Positions 9,066-17,621 are shown, counted from the first letter of the stretch. The stretch is DNA of 22,674 bases from Bdellovibrionota bacterium (GCA_044345405.1 JBIJBE010000051.1:1-22674), one strand, 5' to 3'. Notes: generated by a model not told the origin, from the sequence alone. Translations and numbers: made by a program.

Positions 9066-9134
9066 GGCGGTCAGGAATGACCGCCCTCCCAGGCTGCGAG
9101 GCGGACAACGGGAGGGCGAGCATTCCTGCTCGCC
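9066..9134. repeat. REP-like inverted doublet (REPIN-like element)
   Basis: GGCGGTCAGGAATGACCGCCCTCCC (9066-9090) and an inverted copy reading GGCGAGCAGGAATGCTCGCCCTCCC on the minus strand (9134-9110). 19-nt spacer; each unit holds an 8-bp hairpin. Confidence 0.75.
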
Positions 9135-9388
9135 GAAACGTCTCGTGTCGCGCAGGCCTCCGCAGGACGGCGAGAAAGATAAGGATGAAGAGGAGGCGAG
9201 CATACCGTGCAGACCGAAGGGGGCAGGGTCTTCCACTCACTAACCCCCTGATCCACCACCCAATTACCTATCTCATAGAGCCCCCGCCCCCCTCGCAAAC
9301 TGTTGTTGCGCCGAGGTCGTGTTAGGGCTAGGGTGAAAAGGTAATCGCTTCGAGATGTTGAACTAATTCCTAGCTCTCTACGTGGTCT

Positions 9389-9736
9389 ATGGATATTTAT
9401 CGGTTCTTCCATCCTCATCACAACCCTCGCCTCGTAAACACGGCGTTGCGGTATACTGAGTTGAGTGAGCTTCTTCAGGCGGCGGTTGAACTTCGGAAGG
9501 CGCTTGAGCGCGCTCAACAGCGGACCTCGCGGCAGTCTAAGCCACCGATCCTTCCAGAGCACTTCACCGACATCATAAAAGCTCAGCGATTCATCGAAGC
9601 TTCGCTGCAAACCTTATGTGAGGTACATCCCGGAGACTCTGAAGAGGAACTCTCGGGGATTGCGGCTGAGCGAACGTCGAGCTCCGGATGGGAATCCTGG
9701 ACGAAGAATGTCCAAGTAGGGCTCGGCGGTAAGTAG
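9389..9736 (+). CDS. Hypothetical helical protein (115 aa)
   Basis: ATG-started ORF co-oriented with and 20 nt upstream of the LOG gene. Amphipathic helical pattern; distinctive YRFFHPHHNPRL N-terminus. Confidence 0.7.
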   Translation: MDIYRFFHPHHNPRLVNTALRYTELSELLQAAVELRKALERAQQRTSRQSKPPILPEHFTDIIKAQRFIEASLQTLCEVHPGDSEEELSGIAAERTSSSGWESWTKNVQVGLGGK

Positions 9737-9756
9737 GGCTTTTCGTAAGAGGTAGT

Positions 9757-10584
9757 ATGTCCCGCAGTAAGAAAAAGATATCCGCTCGTGGAGCTCGTCG
9801 CTCCGCTCCCCGAACGCAAAAAACAAAGATTAAATCCGACACCCCGCGAGTTCCCGGGGCTGAAAGCTCTCGAAAAGGAAGTCGAGGAGAGCGCCGGAAG
9901 CATCTCGATGAGCGTCTCCGTTTACTCTACCAACGAGCGGTTCTGATCGAGGATGAATTGCGTAAACTCGATGAGGATCGGTTCTATCGAGTGTGTATCT
10001 TCGGAAGCGCGCGAATTAAGCCAGAGACAAAGCAGTACACCGACGTGTTTGAGTTGGCTCGCTACCTTTCGTGGGAGGGGATCGATGTATTAACCGGCGG
10101 TGGTCCGGGCCTTATGGAGGCGGCCAATATGGGCGCGCGCCTCGGTCGTGAGGAGAAAAAAACGAAGAACCTTTCCTACGGACTCACGATTCAGCTCGAG
10201 TTCGAGCCAGAGCCGAATCGGCACCTTGATATTAAGCGACATCACCACAAATTCTCATCGCGACTTGATGACTTCATGCGATTGTCGAATTCGGTTGTCT
10301 GCACCCCCGGCGGAATCGGAACGTTACTTGAGTTCTTCTTCGTGTGGCAGCTCATTCAAGTGAAGCACGCGACCCCTCGCCCGATCGTTTTGCTTGAGAA
10401 AAAGTTCTGGGAAGGTGTTCTTGATTGGATGAAGAAAGAACCTCTGGCGCGTGGACTGTTAGGTGAAAAAGACTTCTCTATCATTCACATGGTCGATACG
10501 CCGGCTGAGGCTTTCGATATCATATCGGCGCATCATCAGGAGTTCAGGGAACGGAAGAGTAAGATCGTTGAAGAGCCGACATAA
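9757..10584 (+). CDS. LOG family protein (nucleotide monophosphate nucleosidase / cytokinin riboside phosphoribohydrolase-like)
   Basis: VCIFGSAR, TGGGPGLMEAANMGA and PGGIGTLLE (PGGxGTxxE) motifs. SD GAGGT. Basic N-terminal extension. Confidence 0.9.
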   Translation: MSRSKKKISARGARRSAPRTQKTKIKSDTPRVPGAESSRKGSRGERRKHLDERLRLLYQRAVLIEDELRKLDEDRFYRVCIFGSARIKPETKQYTDVFELARYLSWEGIDVLTGGGPGLMEAANMGARLGREEKKTKNLSYGLTIQLEFEPEPNRHLDIKRHHHKFSSRLDDFMRLSNSVVCTPGGIGTLLEFFFVWQLIQVKHATPRPIVLLEKKFWEGVLDWMKKEPLARGLLGEKDFSIIHMVDTPAEAFDIISAHHQEFRERKSKIVEEPT

Positions 10585-10591
10585 GGTCGAG

Positions 10592-12049
10592 CTACTCGAC
10601 CTCTTCCTGTTCACGACGCTCCGCGGCGGCGCGGATTGCTTCAAGGAATTTCTCTCGGATCGCCTCGCGGCGCTCCTCCTCCTCTGTCGCGTTGAATTCG
10701 AGCTCCGGTTCTGGCTCCGAGCTTTCGGGCTCTTGCCAGCTCCCCGCCTGTTCCGGTTGTTGCCAGCCCCCGTCGCGAGGCGCCGCGTCAGACTTGTCGG
10801 TGCTTGCGCTCTCAAGGAGCTTGTAGAAACTTCCACTTGTATCGCTCTGAGCCTTCACTGGCGCCACCGGCGCTTCAGGAATGGCGGCCTCACCGAGAGC
10901 TCCCTTTGAGGTATCAAGGAGCGACACCCGAATCGCCTCGGGATAGCGGTCCAAGACGTAGCCAGGCTTCGGAATATCTCCAGATGAGCTCTGCCGGGCT
11001 GTCGTCCCCGATTGATCTTTTTGCTCAGGCCCTCCCTCTTGTGGTTGAGCCGCCGGTTCGCGTTGCTCCGGTTGAATGAGCGCGGCGACCTGAGTCGGCG
11101 GGTTATCTTGAGGTTTGTTTGAGAGAGCACCGAGAAGGGCGAGGGCCGCCCATATGCCGAGTCCTCCCGCTCCCATTCCGGCTCCAGCTTTCAGGGCTGT
11201 CACCGTCGTAGGGCTAAGGTTAAACCGCGCGCTGTGGGAGAGATACTCCGCGGCGCCTTCTTCCGTGTTCAGTTCGGTGACACCGCTTCCTATCATTGCG
11301 GCCGCTCCGAGGGACATCGCAGTCGCGTTCGGTCGTTGCTCTGATTGCGGTGGAGCGGGTGGGGTAGTGGTCAGCTCCGAGCGCATCTGGTCGCGAAGTT
11401 GGTTGATAAGCTGAGAGCCTTCAGAATCAGCGGAACCGAATCCGATAGTTTTTCGGAGCGACTGTCCCACCTGATGGCGCGAGATAGCCGGATTGTCGAT
11501 CCAGCTATCAGGTCTATAGGAGAGGCTGGTGATGACCACCAATCCATTCTTGGTTCTCGCGAAGTCCGAGAGGAATTCCGCCATGCGCTCTCTCCAGCTG
11601 CTCATGATCGGTTCGAAAGGCTCGTTGATAACGATCACCTTCGCGGGGTTCGCTGCCGCCGCGAAGAGTCGAACTTTGCGTTCCTCATCCGCCGAGAGTG
11701 CGGAGCACGACTTTTGTTCGATCCCTTCAATGCCGAATGACATCAGGAGACCCGTAATCGCGCCGTCGATCAAGCCGACCGAGGAGAGGTATTGAGACAC
11801 CGTCAGTCCTGAGTGGGGAGGGATCTCTCCGAATCCGATCAGATTGTGATCTTCTGTCTTATACTCAGTACCGTCGACGGTGATGACGAATCGTTCCTTG
11901 CCTTGATTGCCGGAGAGCGCGCGTTGGTACGGACGCAGTTCGCTTGGTGACTCAGCTCGTAGAACCGAGATGTGGCCAGCTGAACAGTTTGTGATCGAGA
12001 GTAGCTCCGCCGATTGCGACAGGAGCTTTATTTGCAACTTCTTTGGCAT
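10592..12049 (-). CDS. Membrane-anchored protein with degenerate ABC-ATPase-like N-terminal domain
   Basis: LSADEERKVRLFAAAANPAKVIVINEPF aligns by eye to ABC signature plus Walker B. No Walker A. One hydrophobic segment and a Pro/Gln/Glu-rich C-terminus. SD GGAAGG/AAGGA. Confidence 0.7.
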   Translation of the reverse strand: MPKKLQIKLLSQSAELLSITNCSAGHISVLRAESPSELRPYQRALSGNQGKERFVITVDGTEYKTEDHNLIGFGEIPPHSGLTVSQYLSSVGLIDGAITGLLMSFGIEGIEQKSCSALSADEERKVRLFAAAANPAKVIVINEPFEPIMSSWRERMAEFLSDFARTKNGLVVITSLSYRPDSWIDNPAISRHQVGQSLRKTIGFGSADSEGSQLINQLRDQMRSELTTTPPAPPQSEQRPNATAMSLGAAAMIGSGVTELNTEEGAAEYLSHSARFNLSPTTVTALKAGAGMGAGGLGIWAALALLGALSNKPQDNPPTQVAALIQPEQREPAAQPQEGGPEQKDQSGTTARQSSSGDIPKPGYVLDRYPEAIRVSLLDTSKGALGEAAIPEAPVAPVKAQSDTSGSFYKLLESASTDKSDAAPRDGGWQQPEQAGSWQEPESSEPEPELEFNATEEEERREAIREKFLEAIRAAAERREQEEVE

Positions 12050-12683
12050 CCCAGATTCCTTACCTTCCCGAGTTCACACTGGGTATCGTCCCCTTTACGA
12101 GATCCCTTGAGTAACCGGAGCATGATCGAATTGTAGCATCGTTACAGGGTGTTGCGCCGATAAAAATAGGGGCTGCGGAAGCGTTTGAATGAGCTGGTTT
12201 ATGCGGTACGAGGAGGAAGGCGTCGGTTTTAGCGAGAACCAACAGCCGGTGGCGGCACCGGCGACGCATCGTGTTTGGTTGCGATGTTGGTGAAACGTAG
12301 AGTGGAGAGAGACGCCGCGATTTCGGCGAAGAGGGGGACTATCTCGTCCTTCAGAGCGGGGTGGTCGTTTGTAAGGGTGAGGTGCTGCAGCTCCATCCGG
12401 TTCGGCGGGAGTACTTCATCTTCCGCAAACTCACTACCACCTCGAGAGGTATATCGGACACACGCTCGTTCGCGCTCGGCACGAAAAGTTGGACCCATCA
12501 AGGGATGATCTAGGAGCGGCCCCACGACGGTGGTGGAGGTGTCGAGTGGCGATTCTACCAACCAACACGACGAGCTCTTAGCTCCTTTGGATCCGATCGA
12601 GGTATGGCTGGTGGAAGCTCGTAGTGACCTGAGGCGTCGGGGATAGGGGAGCTTTCCCTGGCTTAAGAGTTCTCAGCTGTGTC

Positions 12684-13232
12684 ATGATTCCGAGGATGAA
12701 CACGGCCGATTCACATTATATCGCTACCGAGCAGGATCTGATCGGGATCAAGGACATGCAGACCTCGTTTCACCGGGACGCAGTAGGACTTACCGAGCGG
12801 GGATTTCTGACCTACGAGGCCTCTCTTTCCGATCTGTACGACATCAACCAAGAACTCGGCATCATCGTGATACGAGAGGGACTCTCTGTTGTCGCGTACA
12901 ACATCCTCATGACCGCGGAGAGGGCGGCCGCTTCTCCATTTTTCGCGAGTTTGATCGAGCGATATGTCACTCACTCAGGGCTATCCACGGCGCAGTTCGC
13001 GCTCAGCGCTCAATGTTGTGTGCATCCCGAATTCCGTGGCGGTCGAACGCTCAAAGATCTCTTTGACGCTCAGCGTGATGTGCTTGCCGGACGGTACCTT
13101 CGTTCGATCGCTGAAATTGACGTTGCCAATAAAATTAGCTTGCTCACCGCGCAGAGGGTCCTTGGCATGCGACCGTGCTTCGATTACGAGGCTCATGGTA
13201 TTATGTGGCGCGTGGTTGAGCGGGACGAGTAG
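12684..13232 (+). CDS. GNAT family N-acetyltransferase
   Basis: QCCVHPEFRGG (motif A, V.P..RG.G) and EIDVANKISL (motif B, N..S); 182 aa. Confidence 0.75.
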   Translation: MIPRMNTADSHYIATEQDLIGIKDMQTSFHRDAVGLTERGFLTYEASLSDLYDINQELGIIVIREGLSVVAYNILMTAERAAASPFFASLIERYVTHSGLSTAQFALSAQCCVHPEFRGGRTLKDLFDAQRDVLAGRYLRSIAEIDVANKISLLTAQRVLGMRPCFDYEAHGIMWRVVERDE

Positions 13233-13241
13233 AGGCGCTTC

Positions 13242-13282
13242 ATAAAGAAGCCCGCCTTGATCACGACGACCAACGCGGGCTT
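13242..13282 (-). terminator. Probable intrinsic terminator of ahpC
   Basis: Minus strand AAGCCCGC-G-TTGGTC-GTCGT-GATCAA-G-GCGGGCTT followed by CTTTAT; lies between convergent genes. Confidence 0.6.
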
Positions 13283-13307
13283 GCAGGTACTTCTTCTTAT
13301 ATGGTCG

Positions 13308-13841
13308 TTAGTTGAGCGTCTGCTCGCCAGGGGTCCAACCGCATGGCGTGAGCTTCTCGGTTTGAAGCGCCTCAAGCACTCGAACAACCTCATCGACGTT
13401 TCGGCCCACATTCAGATCGTTCACAGCTACCCAACGGATGGTGCCAGCGGGATCGACGATGTAGGTGGCGCGAAGACAGATTCCCTCATCTTTGTGAAGG
13501 ACGCCGAGATCCGCGGAGAGCTCTCGCTTAAGATCCGCAAGCATAGGGAAGGGCAGCTTGTTCAGTCCCTTATGGTCCCGACGCCACGCGAGATGGGAGT
13601 ACTGAGAGTCGGTGCTGCATCCCAACACCTGACAGTTCAGCTTCTTGAACTCCCCGGTTTTGTTCCCGAACTCGATGATTTCTGTTGGGCACACAAAGGT
13701 GAAATCAAGCGGCCAGAAGAAGACGACCTTCCACATGCCGTTGTAGGATGAATCTGTAATGGTTTGAAACTCTTTGCCGTCCTCAAGTGAGACGCACGCA
13801 GTCAAGGAATAAGAGGGGAATTTGTCGCCGATCGTCAACAT
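13308..13841 (-). CDS. ahpC: Peroxiredoxin, AhpC/Prx1 type
   Basis: FWPLDFTFVCPTE peroxidatic motif, GRNVDEVVRVL, C-terminal PCGW resolving Cys; SD AAGGA. Confidence 0.95.
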   Translation of the reverse strand: MLTIGDKFPSYSLTACVSLEDGKEFQTITDSSYNGMWKVVFFWPLDFTFVCPTEIIEFGNKTGEFKKLNCQVLGCSTDSQYSHLAWRRDHKGLNKLPFPMLADLKRELSADLGVLHKDEGICLRATYIVDPAGTIRWVAVNDLNVGRNVDEVVRVLEALQTEKLTPCGWTPGEQTLN

Positions 13842-13954
13842 AATGTATCCTTAAAAATAATAGGGCGCGCACCTTAAACAACCTCTCTGATTGTTGTCAA
13901 GAAAGTCGGAAGTTGGTGTAGTAGGGCTGTCAGGCACCGAGTATAAAGGCACAC

Positions 13955-15763
13955 ATGAGCACTCTACCTATCAGCCGAGAAGAAGCGATTCGGCTCCGGG
14001 ATGAATACCGCAAAGCGGGAAGGACAGTAGGGTTCACCTCTGGGGTGTTTGACCTCTTGCACGCCGGGCACGTGGAGTACCTCACCAAGGCTTCCCAGAT
14101 CGTTGACGCGCTCTTCGTCGGGGTCAACGCCGATTCCTCCGTCAAGTCGAACAAGGGTGAGCTTCGCCCGATCAACCCTGAGCGGCAGAGGGCTGAGGTT
14201 GTGGCTGGCCTCAGAGCCGTGGCGCATGTTTTTGTGTTCGACGAGCTCAATAATAACGTCAATATCGAGCTCCTCAAGCCAGACGTCTACATCAAAGCGG
14301 GTGATTACTCCGTTGATAAGCTCACCTCGCGACATATCGTTGAGTCATACGGTGGGCGCATCGAGATTATTCCCTTCAAGGAGGGGCACTCAACAACCTC
14401 GATCATCGAAAAGATCTCCGTCGCCGCTATTACGCGTGAAGGGCCAGAGGTCCCACATCTTCGGGCGCCGGCCGTGTTTGTGGATCGGGATGGTACTATC
14501 AATGAGCACGTCGAGTATCTCAGCGATCCGAAACGCTTCGCTGAGATCCCCGGTAGCTTCGCCGCTCTCAAACACCTTAAAGAATTGGGGTATCGGATCA
14601 TCATCGTCACCAACCAGCCGGGCATCGGCTTGGGATACTTCTCTAAAGAGGAGTTCTTCGCGGTGAACCGCGAGATGATGCGACAGGCCGCGGCCGTTGG
14701 CGGCGCTATCGATAAGATCTACTTCTGTCCTCACTCGAAAGCGGAGGATTGCCCATGTCGCAAGCCTGAGCCGTTCTTCTTGCGGCGAGCCGCAGAGGAG
14801 TTAAACATCGATCTAAGCGCCAGCTATGTGATCGGTGACATGACCTCTGACGTTCAACTCGGTAAGAACGGAGGCGCTCATACAATCCTTGTGCGAACGG
14901 GACGCGGAGGAGCGGACGGCATGTTCAAGGTCACCTCCGACTACGTCGCGAATGACCTCAGTGACGCGGCCGCGTGGATAGAGAAGCGAGGTATCACGCT
15001 ATCGCCCCCCTCCAATGGAAGCGGGGAGGCGACGACCCCGAAGAGCTCAGCGGCGGCAGATGATAAACTTAGTACCACGGTAGGCGCGGACTTCAATAAC
15101 ATCTTCGGATCCATCCTCGGATGCGCGACCCTTATCAGCCAGAAGGCCGGCGTTGAGGCGGGTGGCGTCGGTGTTGATGACGCCCTTACCATTCTTCGTA
15201 AAGCCGCTAATCGAGGACTCGCCATCTCCAAGAAGATGAACAACCTGTTATGGAACGGTGAGAGCGCTCGCGGTCGGAAGTCGTTGCGCGGCTGTATCAA
15301 CTCTGTCGTGGAGTTGCTTTCAAGCTCTCACGGCGAGGAGTGTCAGATTGAGGTGATCTGTCCGCAGGACATTGAGGTTGAGATGGCGGACTTCGCTATC
15401 GTGCAGATGCTCCTTGAGCTGTGTGAAAACTCCCTTGAGGCTATGAAGGCTCTTCCGGACCGATTTATCCTATTTCATGTCGATCAGGTGGAGATAGGGG
15501 AGCGCGCGAAAGCGTTGGAACTTAAGGCTGGAACCTATGCCAAGGTGAGCCTTGTTGACCATGGAGATGGAATTGATCCGAAGCAGCATGAGGTGGTCTT
15601 CCAACCGTTCTCGTCGGCCAAGCAGCGTGACGATGGATCGGGTCTCGGCTTGAGCCTCTCTATGGCTAAGTCCGTCATGAAGAAGCACGGGGGTACGATA
15701 ACCCTCGCGTCGCAGCCTCAAGTTGGTACGAATATCTCGATTTACTTTCCCGTCGCGCGGTAG
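13955..15763 (+). CDS. Fusion: D-beta-D-heptose 1-phosphate adenylyltransferase (RfaE domain II/HldC) + heptose 1,7-bisphosphate phosphatase (GmhB) + histidine-kinase-like DHp/HATPase domain lacking the phosphoacceptor His
   Basis: GVFDLLHAGH, NADSSV..NKG..RPI, KAGDY and STTSII (HldC). VFVDRDGTIN, VTNQPGIG, CPH...CPCRKP and IGD...D (GmhB). ADFNN, ELCENSLEAM, DHGDGI, FQPF and GSGLGLS...HGG (kinase boxes). Confidence 0.9.
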   Translation: MSTLPISREEAIRLRDEYRKAGRTVGFTSGVFDLLHAGHVEYLTKASQIVDALFVGVNADSSVKSNKGELRPINPERQRAEVVAGLRAVAHVFVFDELNNNVNIELLKPDVYIKAGDYSVDKLTSRHIVESYGGRIEIIPFKEGHSTTSIIEKISVAAITREGPEVPHLRAPAVFVDRDGTINEHVEYLSDPKRFAEIPGSFAALKHLKELGYRIIIVTNQPGIGLGYFSKEEFFAVNREMMRQAAAVGGAIDKIYFCPHSKAEDCPCRKPEPFFLRRAAEELNIDLSASYVIGDMTSDVQLGKNGGAHTILVRTGRGGADGMFKVTSDYVANDLSDAAAWIEKRGITLSPPSNGSGEATTPKSSAAADDKLSTTVGADFNNIFGSILGCATLISQKAGVEAGGVGVDDALTILRKAANRGLAISKKMNNLLWNGESARGRKSLRGCINSVVELLSSSHGEECQIEVICPQDIEVEMADFAIVQMLLELCENSLEAMKALPDRFILFHVDQVEIGERAKALELKAGTYAKVSLVDHGDGIDPKQHEVVFQPFSSAKQRDDGSGLGLSLSMAKSVMKKHGGTITLASQPQVGTNISIYFPVAR

Positions 15764-15806
15764 CGGGCTTCTAAGGGGAGCCGCAGTCGATTGTGGAGCG
15801 CATTAT

Positions 15807-15990
15807 AGTGCTTCAACGTGAACGTGAACGTGCTCGTGCTCGTGCGCGTAAACGTGAACGCACTCAAAACGCCGGGGCACCTCCCGTGAAGTTTCTTAGA
15901 GGTCATGCGTCCGTTACGAAGGCCAGATCTGAGCAGCGCTATTTCGTGTACGTTCACGTTCACGTTTACGAGCACGTTCACGTGAGCACT
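15807..15990. repeat. Inverted pair of degenerate hexamer tandem arrays (AACGTG)n / (CACGTT)n
   Basis: 8 units at 15815-15862 and 6 reverse-complement units at 15949-15984. Outer ends AGTGCT / AGCACT are also inverted. Confidence 0.85.
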
Positions 15991-16064
15991 CCCTCGACGA
16001 TTACAGGTAAAAGGGGCGCTACAATCCCCTCATAAACACAGGTAGCTATTCGTGCCCGGCGAGG

Positions 16065-17621
16065 CTACTTCTTCTTGCTCTTCTTCTTAGAGTACGTGCC
16101 GGACTTCTTGCTCACCTTCTTGGCGGGGCTCTTGCGAGAGCTCTTGTGCAATCGTGAGTGTTTGGCCGTTCGGTAGCTGCTTGGAGGTGGCTCTACCGGC
16201 GTGACGCCAAAGTATCGTTGGAAAACGAGCCGGGCGAGGTGTGATGCCTTGGAGGAGTGTCGAGGGTCTACGGTAATAACTGCCACCGCGATTTGAGGAT
16301 TGCTAATTGGAGCGGCGCCGATGAACCAGTTATTGAGCCCCTGGGGGTTGTCGCCACTGAGTGTGCCTGTTTTTCCGGCGACATCGATCGGTCCGAGGGT
16401 TGGGGTTGAGCCGCGCATGAACTCTCTACGAGAGGTACCGATTGTTGTGGTGTTTCGCATCATCTCCATGAGCGATTCGGCTGTTGATTCCTCAACGATA
16501 CGTTGAAGCACCTCGGATTTCTGCTTGTGAATAACCGTCCCGTCCGGAGATACGACGGTGTCGACGATCTGTGGGCGGGGAAGCATACCACCGTTGGCGA
16601 TTCCCGACATGAACGCCGCCGCATGGATAGGACTGACGCGTACCTCTCCGAATCCCGCGGAGGTTCTGCTAAGCTCATAGAGGTCGTCCTGCGGGATCCA
16701 CGCGGAGCTCTCGGGAAGTGGGGCCTCAAACTGAAGGTTTCGATTGAAGCCAAATTGACGCGCGTATCGCGAGAGGATCTGTCCGTTGAGGTACTTCACG
16801 CCGATGTGTCCGAATACCGGATTACATGAACGCCCCATCGCCTCACCGACGCTCATCACGCGTTGATCGCGGCGCGCGTCGGGATAGTAGTTCGCTTGAT
16901 TGAGGGTGTAGTTTCCCCCTCGGAACGGAATGAGCGAGTGTGACGCGATGCCGGCGTGTTCAACAGCGGCGGCCGCGGTTACCACCTTAAAAAGGGAGGC
17001 CGCCGGGAATCCAGCGTGATACTCGATATCATCGATTGACTTTGACTTCCCCGCGATGGCGAGTACCGCTCCGTTAGAGGGGTTCATCGCCACAATCGCG
17101 ACGTGAGACGCTTGCGCTTGAGAGACGATCTTGGAGACGTGATTTTGAAGCTCAGGATCGAGGGTGTAGAAAACGAAGTTGTTCTTCTTGGTGATGCTCG
17201 CGTAGCGATCGCCAAGTCGCTTTTCAAACCGGGGGCGGTCCGAAAGGGCGATGTCACCATCACGAGAGGATACGATCTCGACGCGATGAAGGTCGGGAAC
17301 TGGGTACACGCGACCCGCTGATGGGCTTCCATCTTTCATCGCCATCTGGTCGAGGGAGTTCTTCTCGATTTGGATTCCACGGGAGAGCTGCGCTTGGAGA
17401 ACAGGATCGTTGTCGAATATCTGTCCTTGATTCTTCGGTGAGGGATCGGCGGCGAGCGCGGTGTCGTTCGTCCGAGGGCTTAGAACCGCGAGGCTGATAG
17501 CAAGAGAGGAAACAGCGCAGAGAGCGAGGGGGAGGCGGGAGCGGGAGGTCTGCGGAACTGCAAGGCGAGTACGGTTGGGCAAGTCGCTGAATCCGTTCTT
17601 GTCCGAGCCGTTGTAGTTCAT
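16065..17621 (-). CDS. Penicillin-binding protein, transpeptidase domain
   Basis: SxxK (ASLFK), SxN (SCN) and KTG (GKTGT) motifs, with TLDPELQ. N-terminal TM anchor; Lys-rich C-terminal tail; SD AAGGAG. Confidence 0.9.
   Translation of the reverse strand: MNYNGSDKNGFSDLPNRTRLAVPQTSRSRLPLALCAVSSLAISLAVLSPRTNDTALAADPSPKNQGQIFDNDPVLQAQLSRGIQIEKNSLDQMAMKDGSPSAGRVYPVPDLHRVEIVSSRDGDIALSDRPRFEKRLGDRYASITKKNNFVFYTLDPELQNHVSKIVSQAQASHVAIVAMNPSNGAVLAIAGKSKSIDDIEYHAGFPAASLFKVVTAAAAVEHAGIASHSLIPFRGGNYTLNQANYYPDARRDQRVMSVGEAMGRSCNPVFGHIGVKYLNGQILSRYARQFGFNRNLQFEAPLPESSAWIPQDDLYELSRTSAGFGEVRVSPIHAAAFMSGIANGGMLPRPQIVDTVVSPDGTVIHKQKSEVLQRIVEESTAESLMEMMRNTTTIGTSRREFMRGSTPTLGPIDVAGKTGTLSGDNPQGLNNWFIGAAPISNPQIAVAVITVDPRHSSKASHLARLVFQRYFGVTPVEPPPSSYRTAKHSRLHKSSRKSPAKKVSKKSGTYSKKKSKKK

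Noticed and set aside
8953-9610. Several short overlapping ORFs (60-179 aa) upstream of rnhB
   Set aside because: Arg/Pro-rich translations across the GC-rich REP-like and G-tract region, or antisense to 9389..9736.
13257-13751. 164-aa + strand ORF
   Set aside because: Antisense shadow of ahpC.
15807-15990. Possible CRISPR array
   Set aside because: Units are 6 nt and contiguous, with no unique spacers and no cas genes.
15742-16035. ORFs with VNVNVH / ERERARAR / TFTFT dipeptide repeats
   Set aside because: Translation artefacts of the hexamer arrays, which appear in several frames. No SD or protein-like content.
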